Shown here: piece by piece, positions 19,801 through 29,912 of the stretch
How positions within the stretch are numbered: the stretch's first letter is position 1
How the letters are laid out: each line of letters opens with the position of its first letter
From: a virus
Length of the DNA: 63,421 bases
Reading direction: 5' to 3' (one strand)
Virus record (IMG/VR): IMGVR_UViG_3300020187_000029
The notes under the pieces: generated by a model
Databases searched by the model: none
What the model was told of the DNA's origin: nothing
The model's input: only the letters and a program-made list of their open reading frames with translations
Made by a program: the position numbers and the translations under genes

Positions 19801-20413
19801 TGTAGACAGCACAAGAATTGCAAACTGGCAAACAGCCTATGGTTGGGGTGACCACTCAACAAGAGGATATCTCACAAGATCTAAACCTGAATCACCAAAA
19901 ATATTATCACAAATAGTTGGTGACACAATAGAGGTTGTTATTACTGCATCTGGAACTGGTAACATCGATCAATATTTAGTATTTAGTTCTGTAGTAGGAA
20001 GTGACTTTGGATTAATATCTGTCATTCCTCCTGATGACTTTGCAGAAGAAATGTCTGTAATAGATAATTCTTTTGATGAAGGTGGAAAAATTGAGTACAG
20101 AGTTTACGCAGTTAAACAAGGGGTTTATTCTGACGTTGCAACTACATCACAAGACTTTAGTGTTGGTGAACTAGAGCCTACTAATCTAAGTGTAGTAGAC
20201 CTTAATAATGCAAAATACATTCAATGGGATGCACCATCAAGTAAGAAAAGATTTGTAGGTGTATACAATGTGTACCATCATGAACATGATACTCAAGCGA
20301 GTTTATTAAGATCAAGTGCATCATTAATTTATTCTGGAACTAACACAAGTTATATGAAGCCTACTAGCAATAATAAGTTTCATCAGTTTTGGGTTGAAAT
20401 AACAGAGTCATAA
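16811..20413 (+). CDS. Large tail fiber protein (1200 aa) with 7 WG[ND]H motif repeats
   Basis: Recurring xAxGW(G/S)(N/D)H(A/S)xxGY motif with intervening variable modules. Confidence 0.65.
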   Translation: MAIEFIHSLEVAGDLTVDGVISKSDGGSSTQWDAAYGWGNHADAGYSTSDHNHDARYLKLSGGTITSATAVGLTINHDTFNKGLILERKHDSNAASIKFKNTTSTQGTLFAISNDNSLYWRHGDETDNYKLWTAKDFSETDVANGVTAHGWSNHADAGYIKTIPRTYGNATTILDRAIEFHDNGGDLSWIVGADDRGGVGTPGQNAFVIRTLKGTRFPQDTTWNSKGTEVFGIDDSGNVGINVTQADYLERVNIGGNIRITGGIEADGYKPTEWDAAYTFSTGTHAPTDAEKNVQSDWTEATTTSDAFILNKPSIITTGHTNALFTSLDDVDDNRVDSQTNYTQGPHANHSIVMTLKSAASSGRRAQLFFGDTSAGGMHLRLHQGGEAWHPWKKVWTSNEFSSDDVANGVTAHGWGNHADEDYLTALPSHNHDGRYLKLNPRLKANADTITQSGIHIWDVSEATDDPEGASDGLLTTKFWDSSGWAVQSYHDFHHNKLYIRSKQSSNWQDKWAQVHTTDSFTISDVEQGQTAYSWGNHADAGYVKTDTDTVFNGGNVDNPVVIDNTSANCVLHWSDSGDSTGAIKIKLPGFHSKSNWSMLVMRVTLYEYTSDAHTIYTVSGHDWTSGWYNKRIKKHGESAKELKYAFSSSADEDYLILGEVGDKFKYGHVTVDVIAHPGFYHGAMNLTSGWEISQVTSLEGVTEQESTNEKVIDTANPSVANWDTAYGWGNHADGGYLTSLPTHGHETIQAESTYSIDVKDHGGHTWFRNATNMWTFQGGSSGDDWTQTFTHYLPSRTTANAQMMQIGQRDSNAVDGSYKGVRIVKYAASKVVDGHLQVGTISITDGSSDNWNTAYGWGNHADGGYLTSYSETSDLESVRARDNSIAGVINFTPDTGDILQVDGQVILKRTTANGGITIGHDDAVIIAGGDTSSTLNANINNAEETVFIGAEGGLKVFAFPDNMSGGWGARKEWRFQNDGDTDFPGKLYPSGGSTHYVDSTRIANWQTAYGWGDHSTRGYLTRSKPESPKILSQIVGDTIEVVITASGTGNIDQYLVFSSVVGSDFGLISVIPPDDFAEEMSVIDNSFDEGGKIEYRVYAVKQGVYSDVATTSQDFSVGELEPTNLSVVDLNNAKYIQWDAPSSKKRFVGVYNVYHHEHDTQASLLRSSASLIYSGTNTSYMKPTSNNKFHQFWVEITES

Positions 20414-20577
20414 TGAAAGGAGATAATTTATCATATTGGAACTGGTTGTTGTCACAAAGACAAAAAGACCTAGAGTTAGAATTAGAAAGAGAACCACTAG
20501 ATGATAATCTAGTTAAATTATTAAAATCCTCAATTGTAGAGGCAGAAAATAAAATAGAAGAACTAAATAATGTTTAA
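20413..20577 (+). CDS. Small hypothetical protein (54 aa)
   Basis: Hand-translated: MKGDNLSYWNWLLSQRQKDLELELER...EELNNV. TAATG overlap upstream, and the stop overlaps the next ATG. Confidence 0.45.
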   Translation: MKGDNLSYWNWLLSQRQKDLELELEREPLDDNLVKLLKSSIVEAENKIEELNNV

Positions 20578-22297
20578 ATCAGACGAGTTATCAAGATCTA
20601 AGATCAAGAGTATAGTTGGAGCAGGTATGAATGAATACGGAGGCCAATATGCTGTTCTACCTTTATTTAAAGGTGGTTACAGTAATGCTTTAGTCAATAG
20701 TGGTTCTGGTGATTACGATGGTGGAGATAGACAAATTGGTTTTCCAAACTCTTATGAAATTGACGGTGACCTATTATTTACAGCAGGTTGGGGTGATGGT
20801 ATGGCTGTAAGAAGATTAAACAACGATGGTACAATGACAAGGTTGTTTTATGATTCAAATTTTATATGGAGAGACACAGGTAGCACATATAACCATATGC
20901 AATCTATTGCCATAGATAAGGTAAATAAAAAGGGTGTGATGATGACGTATAATGTTGATGGCTACACAACATTTGATTATAGTGGTTGTCTAAACGGAGG
21001 TACAACATTTGTTAAAGATCCTAGACCGACTCACGCAAACCCACAAAGATTTATAAATGAAGGAGGTATGAATATTTCTTCAGCAGGTCTTTATTATACA
21101 AGTGGTTTAGTTTGTGCAGGAGAGTGGTTCTATGTAGGTGAGTATGATGCAAGGCATTATCAAAAATACCCTAGGAGAAATGTAAAAACAGGTGTAGAAC
21201 AAATACTTACTTGGGAGACAAATGGTAAGTCAGGAACTGCAAATGACGATAGAAACGGATATAGATTTACTTTGTTTTATGATGAGGTAAATGACAGAGT
21301 GTTTTACTGTTCATACTACAATGCAAACTTTATGATGATCGAAAAAGCATCAACAGCAAGTCCAGAACTTGTATGGTGTGATTTAGGGGATGCAGGTGTA
21401 GGAGATGATGGATATGAAATGGGTTTGTTTGTGGAAGATCCTAATGGTGCACCTAATATAATGTGGATTGGTGGTAGTAGTAGAATAGTTAAAATAGATG
21501 TTACACCATGTATGACAGGAACAAAGCCAACTATATTAAAACAAGTTTATGTAAACAATGCAGATAATGTTCAGTTTGATAACTTATTTAGATTTGGTAA
21601 TAAATACCAGAAAACATCTGGAACACCTATGGATAAAGATCCAGAGTATCCAGAATACATAAGAACACATTCTGATAGAGGGTGGAATATGCTAGGTGGT
21701 TGGATAGACAAAACCAATTCAAAGTCACCAGGATTTAGAAGGTATAACGATATGACTGAGGACACCACTACAGGTGGTAGAGGTAGGTCTTATAGAAGTG
21801 ACTATGGACATGGAATGGTTTTAATGTCTTCAGCCAACGGATCACAATATTGGATACAAGGAGGTTATGGAGCAGACGGTCATAGATTTTTAATTTGGCC
21901 TAAAGAAGATAAACCTCAGCAATTGATTGGTGACTGGAATGTTTCATTTGGGACTTATACATTACCAAATAGTGGTAATATAGATATGGTTTTTTTAGGT
22001 GGTTTGCAAAATTATTATGTTCCAGAAGGCTGCTCATTAACTGTCTTTGTATCTCCAGATAATGGGGTGACCTGGGAAACTTACGACAGAACTACTGATC
22101 AAGCACATATATTTACTGCAAAGGGAACTCAATTAGTAGTTAAGATACAAGCAATAGGTCATCCTGATAGATCACCTTATAACTTAGGTTATAAAGGAAA
22201 AGGCTCAGTAATGTATGGAAGTTTGCACGATGCGTCTTTAGACTCTAAAATAAAATTTAAAATACCAAGAAAGCGTTTAAAAGGAAAAAAGAAATAA
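20570..22297 (+). CDS. Hypothetical structural protein (575 aa)
   Basis: Long ORF between the two fiber genes. Confidence 0.6.
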   Translation: MFKSDELSRSKIKSIVGAGMNEYGGQYAVLPLFKGGYSNALVNSGSGDYDGGDRQIGFPNSYEIDGDLLFTAGWGDGMAVRRLNNDGTMTRLFYDSNFIWRDTGSTYNHMQSIAIDKVNKKGVMMTYNVDGYTTFDYSGCLNGGTTFVKDPRPTHANPQRFINEGGMNISSAGLYYTSGLVCAGEWFYVGEYDARHYQKYPRRNVKTGVEQILTWETNGKSGTANDDRNGYRFTLFYDEVNDRVFYCSYYNANFMMIEKASTASPELVWCDLGDAGVGDDGYEMGLFVEDPNGAPNIMWIGGSSRIVKIDVTPCMTGTKPTILKQVYVNNADNVQFDNLFRFGNKYQKTSGTPMDKDPEYPEYIRTHSDRGWNMLGGWIDKTNSKSPGFRRYNDMTEDTTTGGRGRSYRSDYGHGMVLMSSANGSQYWIQGGYGADGHRFLIWPKEDKPQQLIGDWNVSFGTYTLPNSGNIDMVFLGGLQNYYVPEGCSLTVFVSPDNGVTWETYDRTTDQAHIFTAKGTQLVVKIQAIGHPDRSPYNLGYKGKGSVMYGSLHDASLDSKIKFKIPRKRLKGKKK

Positions 22298-22298
22298 T

Positions 22299-25200
22299 AT
22301 GGCTACAACATCACCAAGTAAAAGACATTTAGGGTTAACATCCTCAACATTGATAAGTACATCTGATGTTACTGTTGGTGGTAACCTTATTGTTAATGGA
22401 ACGACAACTACATTAAATACTGCTACCCTACAGGTAGAAGATAAGAATATAGAACTTAATAAAGGAGGAAGTGCTGCTAGTAGTAATCTTGGTGGTATAA
22501 CTGTTCTAAGAGGGACAAGTGCCTCTGCTCAATTTATTTGGGATCAAGGGAATACTAGATGGGATATATCAAATGGTCTTCATGTTGATGGAGAAATTTT
22601 TACAAAATCTCATGGAAAGTCATCACAATGGGCCACAGCCTACGGTTGGGGAGATCACGCTGATGGCGATTATCTAGGGAATACTGCGAAAGCAGCAGAT
22701 TCAGAAAAACTTGATGGCATAGACTCTACAGATGTACTTCATGGAAACGCAAACGGAACAAATGATTCAGTTACTACGGATCTTGATGGCTTAGATAAGA
22801 CAGGGTTTTACACCTCATCAGCGTTTGTTACAAAACCCTCATCGGTAAGTAATTGGATGTATGTTAACCATATTAAACTGTATAATTCTAATACAGGATA
22901 TCAAAAACAAATTGGATACGACACATATGATGACCGTATGTGGCTTAGAACTAAAAATAATAGTACATGGACTTCTTGGAAAGAAGTATGGAACTCTGGG
23001 GACTTTGCTAAGGCAGATGTAACAAAGGGAGTTACTGCACATGGATGGGGTAACCATGCCGATGCAGGTTATGTTACAACAGATACTACATATAATTTTG
23101 CAGGCAGTACGTTTACATCAAGAAATAGTGGTAATGCTATTGCAATAAATAGTGCAACCAGTAATATGACTGGTTATACAAACGGATCATCTGATGCAGG
23201 TTATGCTGATGGAGGTCTTTTTGTAGCAGCATATAATTCAAGTTGGGTTTCACAAATATTTAGTAATTTCAGAACAGGTGAAATATCTGTTAGAGGTAAA
23301 AACAGTGGAACATGGAAAGATTGGAGATTTGTACATGATTCAGGTCATTTTTCTACAACAGACGTTGCTAATGGAGTTACTGCTCATGGTTGGGGTAACC
23401 ACGCAGATGAAGGATATTCAACTACAGATACTAATACCCAATTAACCACTGCTCAGATAGCAGCAATGGGTTATATCAAAGAAAATGAAGATAAAAGATA
23501 TAAGGCTTTAAGATTTACAGGAGAAGGTGGTGATTCAGGTAACGGAGTGATAAATTATGGAATTTACCAAGAGGGAGGTTCATGGTCACATCCTTATCCA
23601 GACTTAGTTATTGGTTATCATACAGGTGTTAAGATTGGTGGTGCTACAGGTTATAATGGAACAAGATTTTATAGTGATGCACCTGGAAGAAGTGGTGCTG
23701 TAGAGTTAATGTCTGTAGGTGATGGGAATACTAACGTTAACATTACTAATAGTCTAACTGTTGGAGGAACAGTTACTGCATCAGGAGGAAACTCAGGAAA
23801 CTGGAATACTGCCCATGGTTGGGGTGACCATGCTAATGCAGGGTATATTAAAACATTACCATCTCACAACCATGACGATAGGTATTATACTGAAGATGAA
23901 TCTGATAAACTATTTGCAGACATTGACGTAGAAAGTCACATTAACACTGCTTATGTAGATATTCAAGTTGATGGAAATGCAGATACATATTACCCTGTAA
24001 GAATACAAGGAAGAGGTTCGTATGCTTATCAAAGATATTCTGTTTCAAGAAGATATAGTTGGAAAGCACCTGATACATGGTATACAGCATCACACAAAGG
24101 AGGATTGACATTTACTTTTGAATGGTCAGGTGATACTGCATGGGGTGGAAATCATAAATCAATAAGAGTTGTTGAATTTCATGAAACATATTCTAATATG
24201 CTAGGTGGTATAGTTTTACCAGTTACTGGTGGTATTATGGTGTGGCTTAGAGGTGGAGGTGCTCAATATAGATTACATACACCAGAGGGAAGAAACGCAG
24301 GTGCTGATATAGAATATGAAGCATATACAGCAGGTAATGGTGATGTTTATAAACCAAGAAATGCTGAAGAAGCAGCAACTGGTAGAACGAACGAAGTTAA
24401 CTCTAAATGGCCTGTAAGATATAGTAATGATTTATACGATGATGGAAATAGAGTAGCCACACAATCATGGTCAAATTCTCAATACTTAGGCAAGACTGCA
24501 AAAGCAGCAGACTCTGAAAAAGTGGACGGTATTAATGGTGCATCTTTATTAAGATCAGATGCAGCAGACTCATTTAGTGGAATATTAACAGGAACAGCCT
24601 CTACTGAAAACTTAAAAATTGGTGGTATTAGAGGTACTGCAAAAGGATCACAAACAGGAGAATACATACATTTATATAATAGAGTTCATATTGGAGGCCC
24701 TAGTGGATGGGGTGCTGCTTCACATGGTGCACCAAATCATGGTTTAAGTACCTGGGGTTCTGCTGACTTTGGTATGAATGGTTCAGGGGTTCTACAATTA
24801 AACGGTACAACTTTTTTAACTAAAGATAGGCTACTACAAAATGTAACCAATACTAATTGGGATGCTGCACATGGTTGGGGTAACCACGCAAGTGCAGGAT
24901 ATATAAAAAGTTTTGATATAACTGCTCAAACAGACTCCAAGTATCTTAGAAGTAATGCAGCAGATACAATCGGATCTACTCTTACAATGGGTACACAAGT
25001 AGCATTAGTCGCTAATAATTATGGTCGTGGTGTATTTGGACTTTACTCATCAACAAGATATCAGCATGTTTGGAGTATGGGTGCTGCTTATAAAACGGCG
25101 GATGATGGAACGACTTTAGGTAATTTATATGGACTAGCGTGGACTCATTCAAACAACACACAGGGCGAGGATATTGCAGGTCTAGGACATCAACTACTAT

Positions 25201-26282
25201 GTGTTTCTAATGGAGATACAAGGTCTGCAATGGGTGATGGATTCTGGACTAAATACAATATTACTACTACGTCTTATGGAACAGCAGCAAATTGGAAAAC
25301 TGCTTATGACTGGGGTAATCACGCTGATGCAGGATATGTGAAACAAGCAGCAGTCAATAGTTCTACTGTAGATAAAGCAAACGGATTAGCAGAAGTTGGA
25401 TATGGATCTGATGAAGGAACTTTTTACCAAACATCAGGTACTTTTGCAGGGCATACAGGTTGGGCAAATTATTGGATTGGTAATCATGGTAATGGGCAGA
25501 CTTATTATAATACTGTAGATATTCGACCTTTCTGGGGAGTGCCAAGATACTCAAGGCAAGAGGGAACAGAAGGTGTTATAAAAGGGCCATTTGATTATTG
25601 GACTCAAGAAAACTTTACTCCAAGTAATTATTCTGTAAAAAGTGCTAATGAAACTCTTTCAGGATCTAAAACCTTTAGTAATAGTTATAATGAGTTTGGT
25701 AATTCAACAGGAAGTGTATCTAATGATGGAGGTTGGAATGGTAGAGTAAATGTTGCAGGATCTTCTCACGCTAGACTAGATGTTAAGTCAGTTAGTGATG
25801 GAATCATTACTACAATGTATGCACATACTGGCCATGGAGCAGGTAAGATTGGTACAATGTCAAGTCATCCAATACAGTTTATGACTGGAGGTACTACAAG
25901 AGGACAAGTAAACTCTAAAGGTGTTTTACATATGGCCTCAGATATTGTTGGATTTTGGGATTTTTCAGATAGAAGATTAAAAACCAATATAAAGCCTTTA
26001 GAAAACAACTTAGAAAAAGTGATGTCATTACATCCTGTAAGTTACCAATGGAAAGAGGGTGACCGTAAAGGAAGAACCAACATAGGACTTATAGCACAAG
26101 AGGTAGAAGAAATTGTACCAGAAGTTGTACGAGAGCAGGAAAGATTAGAGGAAGGTTCTACAAAGACCTATAAGACAGTTGATTACGAGCACTTAGTGTC
26201 AGTATTAATTGGTGCAGTTAAAGAACAGCAAGAGCAAATAAATGAATTAAAATCTAAAATGTGTAAGTGTAATGGCAAATAA
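22299..26282 (+). CDS. Tail fiber/tailspike (1327 aa) with a C-terminal intramolecular-chaperone (peptidase S74-like) domain
   Basis: Six WG[ND]H motifs. The C-terminus SDRRLKTNIKPL...VSYQWKE...IGLIAQEVEEIVPEVV matches the hallmark of self-cleaving fiber chaperone domains. Confidence 0.7.
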   Translation: MATTSPSKRHLGLTSSTLISTSDVTVGGNLIVNGTTTTLNTATLQVEDKNIELNKGGSAASSNLGGITVLRGTSASAQFIWDQGNTRWDISNGLHVDGEIFTKSHGKSSQWATAYGWGDHADGDYLGNTAKAADSEKLDGIDSTDVLHGNANGTNDSVTTDLDGLDKTGFYTSSAFVTKPSSVSNWMYVNHIKLYNSNTGYQKQIGYDTYDDRMWLRTKNNSTWTSWKEVWNSGDFAKADVTKGVTAHGWGNHADAGYVTTDTTYNFAGSTFTSRNSGNAIAINSATSNMTGYTNGSSDAGYADGGLFVAAYNSSWVSQIFSNFRTGEISVRGKNSGTWKDWRFVHDSGHFSTTDVANGVTAHGWGNHADEGYSTTDTNTQLTTAQIAAMGYIKENEDKRYKALRFTGEGGDSGNGVINYGIYQEGGSWSHPYPDLVIGYHTGVKIGGATGYNGTRFYSDAPGRSGAVELMSVGDGNTNVNITNSLTVGGTVTASGGNSGNWNTAHGWGDHANAGYIKTLPSHNHDDRYYTEDESDKLFADIDVESHINTAYVDIQVDGNADTYYPVRIQGRGSYAYQRYSVSRRYSWKAPDTWYTASHKGGLTFTFEWSGDTAWGGNHKSIRVVEFHETYSNMLGGIVLPVTGGIMVWLRGGGAQYRLHTPEGRNAGADIEYEAYTAGNGDVYKPRNAEEAATGRTNEVNSKWPVRYSNDLYDDGNRVATQSWSNSQYLGKTAKAADSEKVDGINGASLLRSDAADSFSGILTGTASTENLKIGGIRGTAKGSQTGEYIHLYNRVHIGGPSGWGAASHGAPNHGLSTWGSADFGMNGSGVLQLNGTTFLTKDRLLQNVTNTNWDAAHGWGNHASAGYIKSFDITAQTDSKYLRSNAADTIGSTLTMGTQVALVANNYGRGVFGLYSSTRYQHVWSMGAAYKTADDGTTLGNLYGLAWTHSNNTQGEDIAGLGHQLLCVSNGDTRSAMGDGFWTKYNITTTSYGTAANWKTAYDWGNHADAGYVKQAAVNSSTVDKANGLAEVGYGSDEGTFYQTSGTFAGHTGWANYWIGNHGNGQTYYNTVDIRPFWGVPRYSRQEGTEGVIKGPFDYWTQENFTPSNYSVKSANETLSGSKTFSNSYNEFGNSTGSVSNDGGWNGRVNVAGSSHARLDVKSVSDGIITTMYAHTGHGAGKIGTMSSHPIQFMTGGTTRGQVNSKGVLHMASDIVGFWDFSDRRLKTNIKPLENNLEKVMSLHPVSYQWKEGDRKGRTNIGLIAQEVEEIVPEVVREQERLEEGSTKTYKTVDYEHLVSVLIGAVKEQQEQINELKSKMCKCNGK

Positions 26283-26613
26283 CTATAGCATAGAAATTGT
26301 AAGATTATATACTAATAAAAAATTCGTAGATGGTGACGTTACTTTGTATAATGTAATCACAAGAGTAGACTACAGATGGATTGCAAAATCACCAAGTGGC
26401 ACAATAAAATCTATTGGTTTTACAAGAGACCTAGAGTTTCCAACAGAAGATTTCAAGCAGTTTACAGATATAGATAAAGGTGAGGTTCAAAACTGGGTAA
26501 ACCAGGACGATGAAAGAAACACAGCAATTCTGATTTTAGATGAACAAATAGAACTAGAAGAAGCGGAGAAATTTGTAGAAACCCCATTACCATGGAATGA
26601 AATATCAGAATAA
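26272..26613 (+). CDS. Hypothetical protein (113 aa)
   Basis: ORF overlapping both neighbours. Confidence 0.55.
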   Translation: MANNYSIEIVRLYTNKKFVDGDVTLYNVITRVDYRWIAKSPSGTIKSIGFTRDLEFPTEDFKQFTDIDKGEVQNWVNQDDERNTAILILDEQIELEEAEKFVETPLPWNEISE

Positions 26614-27275
26614 TGGCAGTACCATCAGAAGGGAACATAAGTTTATCAGGGTTATCTAAAGAGAAGTCAGAAGATAACTATAATGCTATTGTAGATATTC
26701 CAGGTGCAATATCACTCCAAGATCTAATAAATGGTGGTAAACTCAATGGAAGTGTTATTTCTTATGATGTGACTAACACAGATAGCGAACATTATCCTGG
26801 AGATACTGGTGCTAAAGTAGACCGTTTTAGTCAATGGTATAGTTATGATCACGATGCATCACCTGCTGAGTATATTGATTTGATTAATTACAATATGAGA
26901 TCCTTTGTGGATGGTCTTGGTACGTCAACATCAAAACTATCAGGTGCTTCTGAATCCTTAACAGCGTTTGACAAGTATCAACACAACTACTTTAGACTTA
27001 AATTTTTGGATAACACCTTTGATCAAATGCTGATAGACGTTGCAAAAAGCGAGTTAGGCACTCTTAGAATTTATATAGATCCAAAAGGTGATCCAAATGA
27101 TAATCCAACTACACCAAAAGAATGGCAACTTTATACAGAGATAGAAAAGGGTGGTGAAAGTTCTATAATTATTAATGGCTCGGCAGGAATGTATGTTTAC
27201 TTTACCATGTATAATAATGGTAAGACACCAACAAGTTTTGAGGTTTCAAACATCTACTGTCAACCTAAACAGTAA
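26613..27275 (+). CDS. Hypothetical protein (220 aa)
   Basis: ORF in the structural block. Confidence 0.6.
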   Translation: MAVPSEGNISLSGLSKEKSEDNYNAIVDIPGAISLQDLINGGKLNGSVISYDVTNTDSEHYPGDTGAKVDRFSQWYSYDHDASPAEYIDLINYNMRSFVDGLGTSTSKLSGASESLTAFDKYQHNYFRLKFLDNTFDQMLIDVAKSELGTLRIYIDPKGDPNDNPTTPKEWQLYTEIEKGGESSIIINGSAGMYVYFTMYNNGKTPTSFEVSNIYCQPKQ

Positions 27276-27379
27276 AACACTTTCTTAATTCAACAACCAA
27301 GTATAAATTATAATTACTTACCCAGAGGAATTCCTTTTATTTGTACAGCAAACAATAAGTAACAATTAAATTATTTAAA

Positions 27380-27664
27380 ATGAAAAAAGTAAGCAAAAAA
27401 CACCTAGAACAAATTCAAGAATTAAACAAGAAGCAGATTGATATTAAAATTGCTCTTGGAGATACACAATTAATGCAAGGAGATTTAGATAAAAGAGTTT
27501 CGGACTTAAAAGTAGAGTTTACAGATGTAAGCGAAGAGATGAAAAAATTATCTGAAGAATTAAAAGAAAGTTATGGAGATTGCCAAATTGATGTAATGAC
27601 AGGAGAAATTGTTGATCAAACTTCTACAAATGTAGAAAAAGATGACAATAAAGGAGATTCATGA
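27380..27664 (+). CDS. Small acidic coiled-coil protein (94 aa)
   Basis: ORF after a 104-bp gap. Confidence 0.5.
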   Translation: MKKVSKKHLEQIQELNKKQIDIKIALGDTQLMQGDLDKRVSDLKVEFTDVSEEMKKLSEELKESYGDCQIDVMTGEIVDQTSTNVEKDDNKGDS

Positions 27665-28520
27665 TTATATAGTCTTTATCCTAAATAAGGAGACTACAGG
27701 GTATGTTTCGCATAGTGACATTGATGCCGCTTTAGATAGGGGTCAAATGTCTAAGTTTATGGAGTTATACAGTAACCCTAAACAATATCAGCCAGGCAGA
27801 CCAGTGCCTCCAATTGCTTATGGTCAAACACAAAAAATATCTGATGATTTAAGATATTTTAAAATGAGAAGACAGTTTGAAACACAGAATGATGGTGTTT
27901 TAGACTTAGGTAATTTCATGAGTGGTATAGGTCCTGCGAATCCAGAATATTTACATTTATTAGGTTTATATGTTTCAGGATCAATTAATAGTACACCAGT
28001 AATTAAAAGTGTAGTAGATGAGGCAACAGGTGTTATAGAAGTATACAGAGAAAACCAATCTGTAAAGACTCAGAACCCTGTAAAAATAGTGAGTGAAGAT
28101 CAACTAGCGGATAGATTAATTTCTCAAGTAGCAACTCCTTCAACTACCTCTCCTGTTGGAATACTAGGAGATTCTGGAACTAAAATTCAGTTATTTCCTG
28201 AGACTAAACATGAAGGGTATATTATGTATTTAACCAGGCCTCGTAAGCCTAAGTTTAGTTATGTAGTGGATGGTAGAAAGGTTGTACACAATGGTGGTTC
28301 AATTACTGCTACATACACTGCTTCAAGTACGTTAACACTTCCAGATGGAACTGTAATAAGTCCAGGAACTTCTTATATTTTAGGGCCTAGTTTTGATCTA
28401 GAATGGCCAGAAGACTGTATAAATGATATTATAAACAAAGCCTTAGTTTCTCTAGGTATACATATAGAGGATATGAATGTATATCAATATGCAGAGGTTA
28501 AAAATCAAACAGGGCTATGA
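27642..28520 (+). CDS. Hypothetical virion protein (292 aa)
   Basis: ORF. Confidence 0.6.
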   Translation: MTIKEIHDYIVFILNKETTGYVSHSDIDAALDRGQMSKFMELYSNPKQYQPGRPVPPIAYGQTQKISDDLRYFKMRRQFETQNDGVLDLGNFMSGIGPANPEYLHLLGLYVSGSINSTPVIKSVVDEATGVIEVYRENQSVKTQNPVKIVSEDQLADRLISQVATPSTTSPVGILGDSGTKIQLFPETKHEGYIMYLTRPRKPKFSYVVDGRKVVHNGGSITATYTASSTLTLPDGTVISPGTSYILGPSFDLEWPEDCINDIINKALVSLGIHIEDMNVYQYAEVKNQTGL

Positions 28521-29164
28521 TAACAAAAGGAAAAATAATAGATCAAATCTTAAGGCTTTCAACAGGTGGTAGTACAAATGATGAGAAAGAAATATCTAGA
28601 GAAGACATAGCGTTACTTGTTAGTCAGGTTATTAATAGGTTATTAAAAACTGAGCATTTGTCAGTAAACATGCCTTTAGATTCAGATTACCCTCCTCATA
28701 CTTTAATAACTACTTACATAGTTGAGAGATATCCTGTAGAAGGTTCAGAAAAGTTTGTAAGAGATTGGTATTTAAAACTACCAGTTATGCCAATATCCCT
28801 TCCTAGAAATATGGGGATATGGTCTATAACTGATGAACAAGGTTCAGAGGAATTAATTCCTATTGAATCAGGGCAACAACATCAAATTGGAAAACTAGAA
28901 GGTCTTTCGCAGATGGAATACCAACCATTTTACTGGGTAGAAGGCAAAATGATCTGGGTACGTTATCCTTTATTTGGCATAGATCCAGAAAAAAAACGAT
29001 TAAAAGTTAAATTATTAATTGTAGATCCAACTGTAATAGGAGAATATGATTACTTGCAGATTCCAATTGAAATGGAAGAATCGGTAGTAAAAGAGGTTTT
29101 AACATTAATTGGTGCATTACCTAAAGTGGTAGACAAAGCATCAGATACAAATAATCAAATATGA
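28517..29164 (+). CDS. Hypothetical virion protein (215 aa)
   Basis: ORF with a 4-nt overlap. Confidence 0.6.
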   Translation: MITKGKIIDQILRLSTGGSTNDEKEISREDIALLVSQVINRLLKTEHLSVNMPLDSDYPPHTLITTYIVERYPVEGSEKFVRDWYLKLPVMPISLPRNMGIWSITDEQGSEELIPIESGQQHQIGKLEGLSQMEYQPFYWVEGKMIWVRYPLFGIDPEKKRLKVKLLIVDPTVIGEYDYLQIPIEMEESVVKEVLTLIGALPKVVDKASDTNNQI

Positions 29165-29910
29165 GAGTATATAAAATAGACGAAATAATTCGTTCTGCCT
29201 TATTAACAACTCAGAAGCCTATACATTATTATATGCAGTATTTGCATTATGGTTTAAAGGCTGTGAGAGAAATAGGTTATGATTCACCATACACTATTAA
29301 ATCTGTAAAGTTGGCTGTTAATCAAAACAATGAAATTTCTCTTCCTCGTGATTATGTTGATTATGTTAGAGTTGGTTGGTCAAACGGTCAATACATTAAA
29401 AAACTTATAGAAAAAGATTCTTTTAACAGATTAGTTAACAGAGACTCAAGTGGTAATCAGATACCTTATCCTGATGTTGAAACGGATCAAGGCTTAATAC
29501 ACGATAATAACGATAGTCATTCAAATGATAAAGGTGAACATGTAGGTAGGCATTTTGGACATAAACCTAGTTATAAAAATTCTTTTATGGTTATACCAGA
29601 AAGAGGTGTTATAATGTTAGATCCTTCTCTACACTTAGTGAAGCATATCGTTATAGATTATATATCGACAAACATGGCTTTTAAAGATGTACCAACTGCG
29701 GTTCCTGCATATGCGGCTGAAACGATAGAGAGGTATATCTTGTGGAGAGTTGCAGAACAAAGTCGAACAACACCCATGAATGCTAAAATCATGGCTAAAG
29801 AAGAATGGATACAAGCACATAAAAGATATAGAAGTAGAAACTATAAGTTATCAATGGATGATATTCTTAAGTCCCTAAGATCTCATACGAATGCGGCTGT
29901 TAAATCTTAA
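29161..29910 (+). CDS. Hypothetical virion protein (249 aa)
   Basis: ORF with a 4-nt overlap. Confidence 0.6.
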   Translation: MRVYKIDEIIRSALLTTQKPIHYYMQYLHYGLKAVREIGYDSPYTIKSVKLAVNQNNEISLPRDYVDYVRVGWSNGQYIKKLIEKDSFNRLVNRDSSGNQIPYPDVETDQGLIHDNNDSHSNDKGEHVGRHFGHKPSYKNSFMVIPERGVIMLDPSLHLVKHIVIDYISTNMAFKDVPTAVPAYAAETIERYILWRVAEQSRTTPMNAKIMAKEEWIQAHKRYRSRNYKLSMDDILKSLRSHTNAAVKS

Positions 29911-29912
29911 TA

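Noticed and set aside
16811-26282. Diversity-generating retroelement acting on the repetitive fiber genes
   Set aside because: The genome has no reverse transcriptase ORF and no template/variable repeat pair with adenine-specific differences. The repeats are short conserved motifs.
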